Positions 1 to 15,029 of a DNA stretch of 64,000 nucleotides are shown in pieces. The notes beneath the pieces are model-generated. The model saw only the letters and a list, made by a program, of their open reading frames with translations, was not told the DNA's origin and did no database searches. The stretch's first letter is position 1. Every line of letters starts with the position of its first letter. Origin of the DNA: Octopus vulgaris (Eukaryota); assembly GCA_951406725.2 (NCBI GenBank), contig OX597827.1, positions 36,580,001 through 36,644,000 of the forward strand, in the 5' to 3' direction. Made by a program: the position numbers and the translations under genes.

Positions 1-229
1 ACACACACACACACACACAGACATCCATTTCATATATCTTCTTTCAATTTTTGCTCTCTGCAAATAAAATTTTTACGGATACAACTGCTTACAAAAATAG
101 GAATTAATGTATTTATTTATTTTTATTTGCATGATTAAATCAGTGTTTTAATGATTACATAGAGGTCCAATAGAATAGCTCTCAGAAACAGCCTACATAC
201 AAATTCCTTCTTCACAACTTCTGAAGCTG

Positions 230-326
230 TTTTCTGACAAGTGGGGCGGCGTTCAGGAAATTTTCATACAGCTGGAGGCTCCAGTCGAAACAGGGGACCC
301 GAAATGATAAGGTTGAGAAACGCTCT
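230..326. mobile_element. hAT/Charlie-like transposon end (single TIR)
   Basis: ggttgagaaacgct at ~311-324 is the reverse complement of a CAGNGNTTCTCAACC-type Charlie terminus; a similar cagcggctctcaac lies at ~11445. Confidence 0.4.
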
Positions 327-374
327 TATAGATTATGCTTAACCGAAAACGATCACAGCCACATCATCCAAACG

Positions 375-402
375 GACCGGGTGAAATCGGGCTTAGCTGC
401 TA

Positions 403-403
<1 letters not shown>
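375..403 (+). mobile_element. Helitron 3' terminus
   Basis: GC-rich hairpin-like ccgggtgaaatcggg followed by ...gCTAG|T, the same signature as at 12730, 22206 and 56491. Confidence 0.6.
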
Positions 404-457
<54 letters not shown>

Positions 458-492
458 ATATATATTGTATGTATGTATGCCTATATATATAG

Positions 493-534
<42 letters not shown>

Positions 535-689
535 GTGTGTGTGTATTGTGTATGTGTGTATGTCTAAATATATTGATGAATGAATAAATGAAGGAAGAAA
601 GGAAGGAAGGGAGGGAGGGAGGGGAGGGAGGCAGGAAGGAAAGAAGGAAGGAAGGAAGGAAGTGTACATCGATGGGATTTAAATTCAGA

Positions 690-1270
690 ACGTAAATATT
701 AGTTAAAGTACATTTGGAATATAAAATGACTTGTTCCACAGACATTGCTGTGACAGAATACATCTGACTCTGAGGCACATTAGTGTAGCTCGGAGTTGCG
801 TAACATTATTTATAGGAGAATCAAATTTCTCAAGAAGAAATAAAGATTATAAGTTTCGTCGTCCATACTATCCAAGGCTTTTGCAACTATAGAAGCAAGT
901 GGTTAAGAAGCGTAGGAGTTATGCCGTGTAAGATCCAAAACTCTAGCTCGAAAAAGCGTATAAGTTTCATTTTCCAACAGATGTTGGCGTAGGAAATAAT
1001 CTTATGAAGGTATCTCTTACCCACTGTTTTTACGATTTTGTTTAGTTACAGTTGTCAAGAAATAAAATTCACTGTAATAGTGCAGTCCCCGTAGAAAGTC
1101 GTCTAAAGTTTCGGCAGATTGATGACGTCAAGTAACACGTTGATGAACGGCAAGCATTTCAATTTTCGTTTTTACGCCGTAGTCTGTAGCATCCACAAAG
1201 CATTCATATGCAGTCACCGGCGCGTATTTCATGAAGTATCGCTGTTTGTTTGGTTCTCTTCCACGGTACG
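690..1270 (+). mobile_element. Possible decayed Helitron Pif1-helicase C-terminal segment
   Basis: Weak, frame-shifted similarity to ..F.FKRRQ../TINKSQG/..FSHG motifs (FQFSFLRR, SIHKA, FHGT). Confidence 0.25.
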
Positions 1271-1274
1271 GGAC

Positions 1275-2560
1275 AATGAAATTCTGAAATTAAATTTTCC
1301 AAAGTATCACAAATATTACCCTATGTTTAACAAATGCTTTATAAAATTATCTTACTCTACCACGCCTAATTTGAGATCTATTATTGCATCCATACATAGA
1401 AGTAAACTCCAACTTCAAACGACTAAAAACTTAAATCATCATATTTTACCTCATATAAGTTTGAATAATACAAATAAACCCCAAAAAAAAAGCAATTCTA
1501 TTTAAATCTAAACGTAATCAATCTGAACTAAACGTAGGTCAACCAGACTCAACCTTAATAAATCTGAGTAAAACTATAGAAAGGAGTGCAAAAACATGTA
1601 ATTGTAGGGTCCCCAAATCATGCCTGCTCACTGGATTTTGTTTACGTAAACATGTGATTTATAAATGCTGCGTGGCAAGTGACACAATCAAGCAAGGGTA
1701 TATATAGGAAGTACCATAGTACAATACAGTTATGGGTAGATGTAGAATGTGCCTAAAAGAATCCTACACTATCCTTCGCCTATATAATCCTACTATACTA
1801 AATAAGTTTTCCGATGCTATTTATTGGTGTAATCACATATATTATTTTACTTGCATGAGATTTTATAAGTCCAAATGTACTAAATAATTAGCCTCAGTAA
1901 TTTCATTTGCACAACTTAATATCTTATTACCTATAACAATATATTGCCGAATATAAATTGTAATAAACTCTGTAAGCAACGTAGTTTTTACTCCCATCAG
2001 CCCTCACAAAGACCTCCATTATTTGCATACATATACCTGTTCTTCTATATAAGCTCGCGATTGCATCCTACGGTGACAATGCACTGAATGCATATCTACC
2101 GTGAATATTACTTTTTTCTCTGACGAAGGTGACTTTTTCCGAAAATGCATTTCAAGATTCATTTTTTACCCAGAAGAATGAACCCCAGAAACGGCCGTCG
2201 GAATATTATCATCTAAAATTGTAACCCTAAACCTTATTAGACGCCTGTTATTAACTTTTCACTATTTTTTCAAATCTTTTAGAAACGTTTCTAGCTATAT
2301 TCTTACCTTATAATATATCTTCACTGATTTCTACACTCATATTTATATATATATATATATGATATTCCTATATTTTTCTATGTTCGATATATTAATATAT
2401 GTTTTAATTTTGGACGAATTTTATCTTGACCAAATCCTCACACATATGTGTTGAAAGTGGTTTGCCTAATCTGAATTTTTTCCTTTTATCTTTTATACCT
2501 GTCTAACGTCTCAGGTTCGACTTGAGCACTTCTAAGCAATCTATATATTTCGTAAGAAGA
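1275..2560 (+). mobile_element. Penelope-like element, 3' fragment (RT C-terminus, GIY-YIG endonuclease, 3' tail)
   Basis: FPKYHKYYPMFNKCFIKLSYSTTPNLRSII; TCNCRVPKSCLLTGFCLRKHVIYKC..YIGST at ~1590-1720; hammerhead motif in the tail; ends in (TA)n. Confidence 0.85.
2113..2204 (+). ncRNA. Candidate type-I hammerhead ribozyme (long, irregular stem II)
   Basis: ttct-CTGACGA...GAAA-cggccg-TC-ggaa; palindromic stem III; base of stem II imperfect. Confidence 0.55.
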
Positions 2561-2563
2561 ATA

Positions 2564-3208
<645 letters not shown>

Positions 3209-3764
3209 CACAATTATCCTACATACTTCTCTTGCTCCCATCTGAAGAGACGGTCATATCAAAGCCGAGCACATACAGACTTTTATCACGGAAATCACTT
3301 TGATGTCATTCTCTACATTGTGCACACGTCTAGGTCGACAGTAATGGCGGGCATTAATCGTAACAGCTGCTTGGCTAATCTCTCTCATATTGTCTGTGGG
3401 ATTAACTGCTGTAATTCTTGTTCGGCCCTGTGTGTGTATGTTTCAAAGCAGTACATCGCCAAAACCTTCCAATACTACCACCCAAACCACCAGTCACAAC
3501 CACTACCACCACCCACAATAATCATCAACTCCAACATTTAACAACTATACTGACACCATCCCCAAAACTGCTCACACCACCACCACCACCACCACCACTT
3601 TAGCTACCCAATCAATACTATCATCTTCACCATCACCACCATCACCACCACCACCACCACCATCACAATCAACAATGATAACTACAGCAACAATCACGAT
3701 CACGTAAAGAAAATTAATGACAATTCTCGGCACCACCAAAATATTTGCGTTGCTAATTTGTGTG

Positions 3765-3892
3765 GAGCAGCAGCAACAACAGCAGCAACAACAACAGCAG
3801 CAGCAGCAGCAGCAGCAGCGGGAGCAGCAGCAGCAACAGTAGTAGTATCAGTAACAGCAGCAGTAGCAACAGCAGTAGCAGCAGCAGCACAA

Positions 3893-3971
<79 letters not shown>

Positions 3972-4004
3972 TGTTGTAGTTGTTGTAGCAGCAGCAGCAG
4001 TAGC

Positions 4005-4043
<39 letters not shown>

Positions 4044-4051
4044 TGTAGTAA

Positions 4052-4082
<31 letters not shown>

Positions 4083-4090
4083 TTTGTTGT
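3765..4090. repeat. Compound (CAG)n/(TAG)n/(TTG)n microsatellite
   Basis: Direct reading; source of the poly-S/A/V/L ORFs. Confidence 0.95.
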
Positions 4091-5305
4091 TGGTTTATTG
4101 TCTTTTGTGGCTGTTTCATCAATGTTTCTAGCATTGATGATACCGTTGCTTTTAATCCCGACGCAATCTCGACGTCGCCTCAGACTACAGTATATCACTT
4201 CCTGATTGCCTCAGATGACCACAATCACACTACATAACTCCGCTGCAATACGGGAGATTTTATTATACCATCACTGAATTGCTAGAAATAACAGTCAAGT
4301 CTCCCCATACATTCACACTCAAGTATCTTAAAAAGGAAGAAGCTGTTGTTCAGTAATTCCTGATATATTGTAGGCCTTCAGTGACTGATTTGAGAAGCTA
4401 AAGACGAAGAAACCATTCAACAGTAAGAAGAAATAGTGGAAGAAGCTGCAGTAAGAAATAAGAAATAGTTGACTAACAGAGGATTCAACTAAACATCAGT
4501 TGTATTTTATCTGTTTGAAAGTTCAAACTAGAAAATAAACTGTTGTAAATGAATAAATAAAAAACAAAATCAACTTGGACCGATATTGGCAATATATATT
4601 AGTGACTGGTAATGACAAATCGATATTTATCGATCCTTCTTTTTTTTTAAGTGATAGAAAGTCGAGATGGACATTTCGGAACCATTCTCGATCAAAGCAA
4701 TTTCATTTCATCTTAGCTGCTGTTGCTCTGGCAAGAAAGGCATGAACGCCATATCTTCAAATTACTCTTCTCCGTCGAACCAACGATGGATGCCATACGA
4801 TGTCACTCGTCTTTATAGCCATAGCAATAAAATCTCCATCAAATCACACCCTACCATCTTAAAAAGGAAATAATATATTGGGATAATATCGACTTGAGTT
4901 TGAGAGATGGAATAGTCATGGCTGGAACGACTTTGATCATATTTCAGTTCGATCATAGCTTACCTAGGGTTAAACAAAAATAACAGCAAAAACAAAAGAC
5001 TCGCCCCTAAAATATTGTTATCAAGGTTAAGCAAGTAATTATGCCTTTGGATTAGGTTGAAATGATCAGCGCCTCACACTTGCAATATCTAGTAAAATAA
5101 TTTCGTGACAGGGATTTAAATAAAACCAAAAAACTCGTGGTCAATGATATGAAATGGCTAAAGATAAAATAATTTAACTTGATTCAAGATGAATTTTGTT
5201 TTCGCATGCTTACCAGGATGAATAAACTCAACACAATTTTCGGAGTCGATTACTACAAGCTTCTATAAAATGCGGGGAATTGTGTTAGAAATGATGATGA
5301 TGATT

Positions 5306-5347
<42 letters not shown>

Positions 5348-7472
5348 TTCTTCTTCATCAAAATTGATGGCTTTGTGTCTGAATTAGAAATTAGTATAAG
5401 CTGTATTCAACAAATGAATAAAGTATTGAACAAAATACATTGATCAATTTTCTCTGAAATCGTAATGTTTTGCGTTCAAGCCATTGCCATCTAATCTCTT
5501 TTGGAGAATATGATTTAAGGAGGTTTGACAGATATTTCTAGCATGTTGAGCGACTACATAATAGTCTCCTTGTTGGTTGATTGATATTGATGCTATAGTT
5601 GGTACTAGAGTCATAGTTGTTGTTGTTGTTGGTGGTGGTGATGGTGTTGTTACTATTGTTTGTTTTACATCAACTATGATCAATGGACTTAAGATCAAGG
5701 GCATTCTAGGCATGACCACCCCGTTTGATTTTAAAGTACAGTGCACCCACGACCATATTATTTAAATAGTCCGTGGCTGAACTATCTTAGAGATTTAGGA
5801 TGACACAAAATCTGTTGTATTCATTTTATTTTCTTGAAGTGCCAAAATGATTATCAACTGAAGTTGACTTGATTAAAATTTGTTAATACACCGTCACATC
5901 TAAATTTTATCAAATGCTGTGTTGCCTTATTTCAAAGAACCTCTTCCAGCCATTCTCATCGTATTGAAGAAATTCGTGTTAACGCTGTTAAGATGCGATC
6001 ACTGGCATGTCAAGAAACAAATCAACGCAAAGTTTTTACAACTATGGAAACAAACCACCATCAAGCAATGACAAAAGAGTTTTGAGTCTTTAACAAATTA
6101 ACGTTATTTCTATCTTTTGTTTGTTTTCTATAAGGGTAAAATCAAATAATGTATAAATCAATGTAGGACTGATTCTTAAAATATAAACCAAGTTTGGAAT
6201 CAGCAGATAAATTTTAAGAATAAAAAATCTTAATATAGTTCCATGTCACGGTGATAAAAAGATTATGCATATTTGTCGGGATAATTTGTCGGAACATAAG
6301 GATCGGTTCTACTAAATGGTCGTGGAAAATAAATTTACATTTGATATTATTCGGATATTATGTAGTTCTTTCATAAATTCTTCAACAGAGTTCAATATCT
6401 CAACTGGATCACCAGAAATACAAGCGTTGACTCACTTCATGGCTAAAGTGTGGGATCTAGCGAATCTTCCCTGTTGAATCTCAGATTCAGAAGATATCTG
6501 ACCAAGACTGAGCAATAAATGAAATGGCAATGAATGACAATCCCACATGAACGGATACACATCTAGGAGACATTCTTTGATAACACTGAGCAATTTTTGC
6601 AATGTGGTTTGAGTAGGTTGATATTTCTATATGTCTAGCAGATCAAGGAACCGCATAGAGACTCTTTCGTTGGTTCACAGTTGAGGTTGTTGCAAATGAT
6701 CTCATGGATAGTGTGGGCTTGGGTAGAAGTTGTGATTGTGCTGTTGATGATATTAAGAGAAGTGGATCTTAGTGTAGATGTTAATAGTGGTTAGTGTTGT
6801 TTCTTGTTCTATTATTGTTATTGTTATTGTTTTCGTTTGCAGTGATACCAGAGTCTTTACGATTATGAATGAAGTAGTAGTAATAGTAGTAGCAGTAGTG
6901 ATTGTAGTTGTTGCTGATGTTATTTCTAGTTGTACTAGTACTAATAATGATGGGTGTGGATAAGTGGCGGTACATATCTTGTTGCAGTTGTTGTTGTTGT
7001 TGTTGTGGTGGTGGTGGGGCTATTCCCGTGTTTGTTTACCAGATTCACTGACAGCAGACGACAGAACATTTACAAGGCGCCATTACTAGATAAATAAATA
7101 CATGTATTAAAATAAAACAGGATGAAAACATTTACAAGAACCTGGAGGGGTCATGGAAAAGAGGGGAGTGAGACAAGCGAGGGACAGAAAGAGAGAAAAA
7201 GAGAGGGAAAGATGGAGAGAAAAGGAAAGAAAGAGATAGATTGAAAAACAGAAATGAAGGAAAAACAAAAGGTATAATGAAGGAGAGAAAAACGAAAAGG
7301 CTGAAAGAAAATAGACGTAAAAGTGAAAGAACATGAGTTTGTGTGTGTGCGAGTGTGTGTGGTGGAAAGTGAGTGTATACACACATACATACACTACAAT
7401 CTCGTTCACTCTATTTCATTCCTTTTCTCTTTCTCTGTATATGTGTGTGTGTTTTTGAGAGAGAGAGAGAAA

Positions 7473-7511
<39 letters not shown>

Positions 7512-7932
7512 CGAGAGAGAGAGAGAGGCAAATAAAAAATTTAAAGGGAAGGGAGGAAAAACGATGATGAAGGTAAAAATAGCAAAGATAAAGAATTAAA
7601 TAGAAAGAATGAAAGACGAAAAGGAAAGCGGGTGGGAAAGAGGGTGGGAGAGTGAAGGGAGAGTGAAGGGAGAGACAGATAGGGGAGAGACACACAGACG
7701 GAGACCTAGAAGGAGAAAAGTGGCATCGTCTCCTAAAGTTTACAGAAGATCTCCAAGTAGGCGAACAAAAAGAGATACAAGCTACGATGGACGCCATTAT
7801 ATATGACCGAACAAATAAATAGAGACAAGTCTAACAAACAAATTTGTTACAGGTACCTACATCTTGTGGCGGTGTGGCGGCTTATTTCATGTTTACACTG
7901 CGATAACTGCAACGGATATATATATATATATA

Positions 7933-7996
<64 letters not shown>

Positions 7997-8166
7997 CATA
8001 TATACATATATATATATACATATATATATAAATACATATATACATATATATATACATATATATACATATATATATACATATACATATATATATATATACA
8101 TATATATATATACATATATATATACATAAATATATATATATATATACATACATATATATATGTCTT

Positions 8167-8213
<47 letters not shown>

Positions 8214-8608
8214 GTAAATACTTAAACACACACACACACATGTATATATGCTCACATTCACACATACAAACATACGTATCTGCGCACAGTTGTACATATC
8301 ACATAGCCAACTATAAATAAAATCGGCATTAGAATACCGATAAACAAATATACGCGTATATTTTATCTGCATATATATTCACCAATTAGAAGTATATACA
8401 TAAACACAAAGCCATTAATACAGTTTCTCTATATTAATGCTTATGGTTGCATAAGAATTATCAGCATGTATATTATCCATTCCGTAACTTAACTACCTTT
8501 ATGTGTGTGTGTGTATGCGTGTGTGCGTGGGGGGTGGTGGCGTATGTGTATATCTATGTCTGTATGAGTGTATAGATGTAAATGAGTACACACACACACA
8601 CACACACA

Positions 8609-8703
<95 letters not shown>

Positions 8704-9075
8704 CACGCACACATCATTTTATGCGTTTCCGTCATTGTATTGCGACCATGTTGAAGATTTGCCTTGAAGGGCAAAGTCGGTCAAAAACCACTTCACTTCT
8801 TAAAATATTTGCCGAACCCGCAAGTCTACGAGGACGTAAACAAACCAACGCTGTCTGTCCAGCAATGATAAAAGCAAACAGAAACACAAACCCATACACA
8901 CATGTATTCGTTTACCAAATTCACTCACAAGACATTGGTCTGCCCGAGGTATAGTTGAAAACACTTGCCCACGATACTGCGACGTGTGTACGCGCACCCG
9001 CGTGACTGTGTGCAAATGCGCTTGTGTGTATGAATACGTATATATCTTTACACACACACACACACACACGTACGA

Positions 9076-9152
<77 letters not shown>

Positions 9153-9301
9153 ATCAAACGTATGTATGTATATATGTGTGTGTATGTATATGTATTTATA
9201 TATGTATATATGTATGTATACATACATATATACATATCTATAGATACATATACATATATATATTTATACATGCAATCACACACACAACACACACATTCAT
9301 A

Positions 9302-11300
9302 CAGTGGCGGAGTGAGTCTAAAAATATTGGTTGCCTGGAGACAAAGGGGGCCACTCCCAACTACAATGCTATCGTTTAATATTTATAACAAACAATGTAT
9401 CCCGGCGTTGCCCGTGTATTATGACTACAGCCACGTTGTATTATTTCTTCGTTTTAAAATAATTTACTTGTACTGCACACTTTACACACTGATAGTTCAA
9501 AAGTACAATAGTGTATTACATGCAGTCCACTATATTAAAAGCAATCATTTGAGTTCATTAGATGACTGTGCGAATCTGACAATAATTGCCTCTGCATCCA
9601 ATTCATCCATCCATTCCTTTTCAATGGATAGCAACATGTACGATTCCAAGTTGCTCGGGTTTGTTCGACCCTTTAGAATTCGAATTTTTGAAAAGTAAAA
9701 CTTTTGCATTATGTAGCTTGTTATTTTCTTTAAGTGAACATTCATTTTTCTGGTTGAAATACACCGAAAAATGGTGACACAGCAGTAAAAACAATATCGT
9801 AAAAAATAGGGATTTTCATAGAAAAAAAGCAGCTTTTTGATGTAAATAATTTTTGGTCTCGCGGAAAAGATTATTTAAATGGATTATGAAGCATAGAGTG
9901 GAGTGTGCATAGGAAGGTGAAAAAGATAGAATAAGTGAGAGGTAGAAGGTGGTCGAGGGTATGCTACGAATGGTGGCATGCATAAGGCGGTATGAAGTAG
10001 TACGGAGTATAGGTATGAGTATAGGCGAATTTCTTAACCTTGTCTTTATACTTATTAGCATTGAAAATATCCTCCTCCTTTGGACTTGGTTAACTGAGAG
10101 TATGCAAATGTCTTTATACACTTCATGAAGATTATCATATGCCTTGCCGTGAAGTTTGTTGGATGCCAGAATTTTCAGTACACACGATGAGCAAGTGCTG
10201 CAAATTTTACAGATGTTGCAACTGGAACCCATATTCTCACCATCATTAAGTAATAGCTTTAATGCATCAAAGTTTGAAGCAGAAGAAAACAATTCCAGTT
10301 ACACTTGATCTTTGCCGATTTATGGAAACAACTTAATAATATACCTTTCAATTCTTTAACCTCATGGACCTTCTCTGCAATAGGGTACAAGCAGGATAAA
10401 TCTTTATACAATTGCTTGTGTTGCACAAAATTTGATTCTAGTGACTGGACAATGCGATTCATTATTTGGTTAAACATATTTACTCGAAAATCAGCTAGAG
10501 AATCTGAGGAATTTTCTTCATCATTTACAAGCTTATCAACCATTTTTTTCTTCTTCCTCTGCCTCTTAACTGGTAACGCTGTTTCCAAAACATCAATTTC
10601 CAATGTTTTATTTTCATCCATATTCATCTATGAAATCTTGTCATTACATTTATTTTCAAATTCCAAAACCTTGCCATGAACGCTATCAAATGTTCTAGTC
10701 TGTTCCTTCAACTTTGATGTAGCTGATTCTACAAAACTCCACACCGTAAACATATGTAAACCACTTGTCTGTAGATAACTTGACAACGGGGCTGTAGTTT
10801 CAAATATATACAAGTAAGTAAATGCTGTCAATATGGTTTCAAACTTTAGGGGGCTTTGAAGTAAAACATTTGCTTTATGTTTTGTTTTTGTATAAAACTT
10901 GTTTGATTGTTGTATCATTGATAAGCACATCAATAAATTTACAAAAGCGGTGTCAGTTGGTGTTACCAATTAGCTGTAATCGTTTCATCTTTTCTTGTTC
11001 TAGATGTTTTCCAACAACTTCTATCCATACACTATGATGCTTTCACAAAAGTTGCTAAATTTTGGAGTAAACTGAAAAAAGAAGCTGCTGGTACACAACA
11101 TTTTGTTGTTTCAGTTATCACCAAATTCAAGACATGGCATAACACCATGTATGAACATGTTGATCTGTCATATCAGCAATTTTTCTTTGTAAAATTTTTC
11201 TTTATATTGTTCATGAATGGTTTAATTACATGAGGAAATATCCTTAATAAGGCAGAAACCTCGGATGAGCTTTAAAAAAAGCTACTTCATAATTTATGTA
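9302..11300 (-). mobile_element. Decayed hAT (Tip100/ZMYM1-like) transposon with transposase pseudogene
   Basis: HVHTWCYA(H)VLNLV C-x2-H region at ~11130-11160; KRLQLIGNT; LKFETILTAFTYLYIFETTAPLSSYLQTSGL; dimerisation-domain end FSMLISIKTRLRNS...NLESYMLLSIEKEW...FAQSSNELK; terminus cagtggcgga at 9302; stops and frameshifts. Confidence 0.8.
9650..10023 (-). mobile_element. Internal fragment of a non-autonomous Helitron inserted in the hAT transposase
   Basis: Reverse complement of ~12355-12730; truncated inside the terminal hairpin (cccgagcaac). Confidence 0.75.
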
Positions 11301-11667
11301 GTTAATTTTTTTTTCCAATTAGTTGACATTCTTATTTAAGTGGAAATTTTTATATATGCAATGCACTGTAAAATATAATAGAACTTCCTATTATATTTTC
11401 ATGCTATCAAAATGTCATTGACTTTTTTAGCATATTGTCTAATACAGCGGCTCTCAACTTTATTTCTATCAACGGATCTCTTTGATTCCTATTCATCGTC
11501 ATTCGATGCTTAAAAAATCCAACTGTATTTTTACAATTAAATACCAAGTCGTTACCCATCGAACAAATGTTAATATCTTTTTTGAAGTCATTATTGTGTT
11601 TTCTATATGTTGAATCAAAACTATACATACATACATGCATACATACATACATACATACATACATACA

Positions 11668-11753
<86 letters not shown>

Positions 11754-11809
11754 CTTGTTGTTTATACACATGTCTTCGTCTTTTGTTTTTCTGTAAAATT
11801 CAACTATAT

Positions 11810-12750
11810 ATTGTACGCTCACGTTGTCTCACCAGTTTTATCCTGCTTTAACCTCCTACACTTTGGGCGCTTGAACTTTCTTAACTTCTCCTCATCTACA
11901 TACCAGCACTCCACCCGGTTTATCACTGGATATACTTATGAATTTCACTGGACTCTTCCGTTGATGAAAAATCGCTCAAATACACCACGAAGTTCGAATC
12001 TTTTTGAACTTTGTTTTTTTTTCTCACTCGGTACGTTGTTACCTCTCTTTCTCCTTTTCTTTTCCTTTTCGTCTTCTCTTCTTCTTTTCTTGTCCTTTTC
12101 CCTCTTTTTTCTTCTTTCTCTTCTTTTTTCTCTCTTTTTTCTTCTCCTCGCGCTTTTTGAATTTTCTTCTCACGCCTTTTGAATTTTTTGAACTTTTATA
12201 CTAGGTATATCGTTACTTTGCCTTTCACTCTTCTGTTTTTATTTCTCTCTTTCAAGCATGCCCGACTACAAATCTTTCCTCCTCCACCTTCACTAACTCC
12301 TCATCCCCAAAAGTTTCCGCCCCCACTTTTCCCCCACTCACCACTTTGCTTCTGCCATCCTACCTATACTCCGTACTATTTCCTACCGCCTTATGCATGC
12401 CACCATTCGTAGCATACCCTCGACCACCTTCGACCTCTCACTTATTCCATCTTTTTCTCCTCTCTTTCACCTTCCTATGCACATTCCACTCTATGCTTCA
12501 TAATCCATTTAAATCATCTTTTCCACGAGACCAAAAATTATTTACATCAAAATGGTGCTTTTTTTCTATGAATATCCCTATTTTTACGATTTTTTTTATT
12601 GCTGTGTCGCCATTTTTCGGTGTATTTCAACCAGAAAAATGTTCACTTAAAGGAAATAACAAGCTACATAATGCAAAAGTTTTACTTTTCAAAAATTCGA
12701 ATTCTTAAGGGTCGAAACAAACTCAAGCAATGCCGGGCGATACTGCTAGT
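11810..12750 (+). mobile_element. Non-autonomous Helitron
   Basis: Ends ...gcaatgccgggcgatactgCTAG|T; pyrimidine-rich body; 3' 380 bp shared with 9650-10023; 5' boundary uncertain. Confidence 0.7.
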
Positions 12751-12814
12751 ACTACGATAAAAATATTTTCGTGTTAATTCAAATAACGTTGGAAAGAAAC
12801 GAACGAATTCGTCT

Positions 12815-12818
12815 GCAC

Positions 12819-12890
<72 letters not shown>

Positions 12891-13572
12891 ACACACAAAT
12901 AGACACATACATGCATTCATCAATGCATGCCTGCATACACACACATACATACATACATACATACATGCATACATACATACATACATACACACATACATAC
13001 ATACATACACACATACATACATACATACATACATGCATACATAGATTCATCTATGCATGCCTGCATACATACATGCATACATACATACAAACATACATTC
13101 GAACATACATACATACATGCTTACATTACACACATGCATACATGCATACATACATACATACATACATACATACATACATACATACATACATACATACATA
13201 CATACATACATACATACATACATACATACATACATACATACATACATACGTACATGCATACATACATACATACACACACACATACATACATACATACATA
13301 CATACATACATACATACATACATTCATTCATCAATGCATGCCTGCATACATACATACATACATACATACATACATACATACAAACATATATACGAACATA
13401 CATACATACATACACACATGCATGCATGCATACATACATACATACATACATACATACATACATACATACATACATACATACATACATTCATTCATCAATG
13501 CATGCATGCATACATACATTCATACACACATACACACACATACATACATACATACATACATACATACATACA

Positions 13573-13602
<30 letters not shown>
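12815..13602. repeat. (CA)n then (TACA)n microsatellite with higher-order variant blocks
   Basis: Direct reading; attcatc(a/t)atgcatgc recurs four times. Confidence 0.95.
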
Positions 13603-13603
<1 letters not shown>

Positions 13604-13908
13604 CAATAACCATATCAGTCGCGTAATTGGCAAAAACAAAAAAAAGCGAATTAAAAGTATTAGCAATAAGTGGATGACTGCCTGTTTTCAAATGTGGCGG
13701 ACACAGGACATGATAGTGTTTCTTCTTGTTGACGCTTGCTTTTGTTGGCACTCGTTGATGTCAGCCTTAAAATCTGATGTTATTATTATTGCTTTTGTTG
13801 ACACTGGTTGTCGTCAGACATTAAAAGCTGCTTTTTATATTGTTTTCCTTGAATTGGTACAATAGTAACACAGTAGTAGTTGTTTTCGCTTCCTCTATTA
13901 TTTAATGC

Positions 13909-14072
13909 CTTCTTCTTCTTCTTCTTCTTCTTCTTCTTCTTCTTCTTCTTCTTCTTCTTCTTCTTCTTCTTCTTCTTCTTCTTCTTCTTCTTCTTCTTCT
14001 TCTTCTTCTTCTTCTTCTTCTTCTTCTTCTTCTTCTTCTTCTTCTTCTTCTTCTTCTTCTTCTTCTTCTTCC
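13909..14072. repeat. (CTT)n microsatellite
   Basis: About 54 perfect units; source of the poly-F/S/E ORFs. Confidence 0.97.
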
Positions 14073-14197
14073 TTCCTTGCTGTTATATTGTTGACATTAC
14101 TCTTCTTCTTCCCCTTTCTCTCTATACATACATACATACATACATACATACATACACACATGCATACATACATGGTGGCTACCCCCTCTTTATCGAG

Positions 14198-15017
14198 TAT
14201 GGCCATTGCACGAGGTTTAACTGTTATTGGTGCTGTGATCGAATGTGAATTTTATTTGCTTTTTAAGGCTACAGCCAGCCATTCAGTTGAGACTCACAGC
14301 ACCATCAACAATCATGAACAATGTTGTTATCGTGCAATGCCTGTGCAAGAAGATTTTTTTTAAAGTGAGGAAAGGCTGTGCACTGAGTCAATCCCACTCA
14401 CTAAGATGTGTTCTACTGACTTGAGCAAAGGAGGCTCAAAAACATCCAGTTCTAAGTAGCGGAAACCACCGAGGAGACAATAGACGACTCAGAGTAAAGA
14501 GACAGCGAATTTGTGGGTCAGGAGATGGAGCTTGTTGCGAGCGAATTTATGCCAACAAGTGGATGATCTGTCTTTCTAGGATACGATCTTGGTGAGGAGG
14601 GTGTTTATTGGACACCCTGCGGGATGAAAAACAAAACCCGTCAAAGGGTGGAGGAACTCTTGAGAGTCAACGGCCATCCAATAAATGTCTTAAGGCTGTA
14701 TCATGCGCAGAGACATAGAAATAATCGAACTGAATACCCGATCGCGCGGTTAAACCATTGGGAGTGAAGGACTCCTAGCCTTTGTTAGGGCATCCTTCTA
14801 GGAGAAGGTAACTCAGGTAAGTGGGATAACTCCGACACAAATCTGCGGCTCAGTGGTTACCGATGATGTTGACTTGTTCTTCTTTTCGGATTATGGCTAC
14901 TGTTGCTTAGTGAGTGGGATTGACTCAGTGCACAGCCTTTCCTCGCTCTAAAAAAAAAACTTCTTGCACAGGCATTGCACGATAACAACATTGATTAAGC
15001 TTCGTGCAATGGCCATA
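14198..15017. mobile_element. Fold-back element with long inverted arms around an RTE-5'UTR-like interior
   Basis: 14319-14405 inverts to 14906-14993; 14198-14220 inverts to 14995-15017; interior ctaggagaaggtaactc resembles RTE-clade leaders. Confidence 0.6.
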
Positions 15018-15029
15018 TTTGCACGTGTA

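Noticed and set aside
3238-3300. ctgaaga-gacggt...gccga hammerhead-like start
   Set aside because: No GAAA/stem III/NUH in register
7609-7806. SR-like basic ORF
   Set aside because: Arises from GA-rich simple sequence; short, with no supporting gene structure
9545-9745. Apparently intact 66-aa hAT C-terminal ORF
   Set aside because: Its N-half is Helitron DNA; chimeric by insertion
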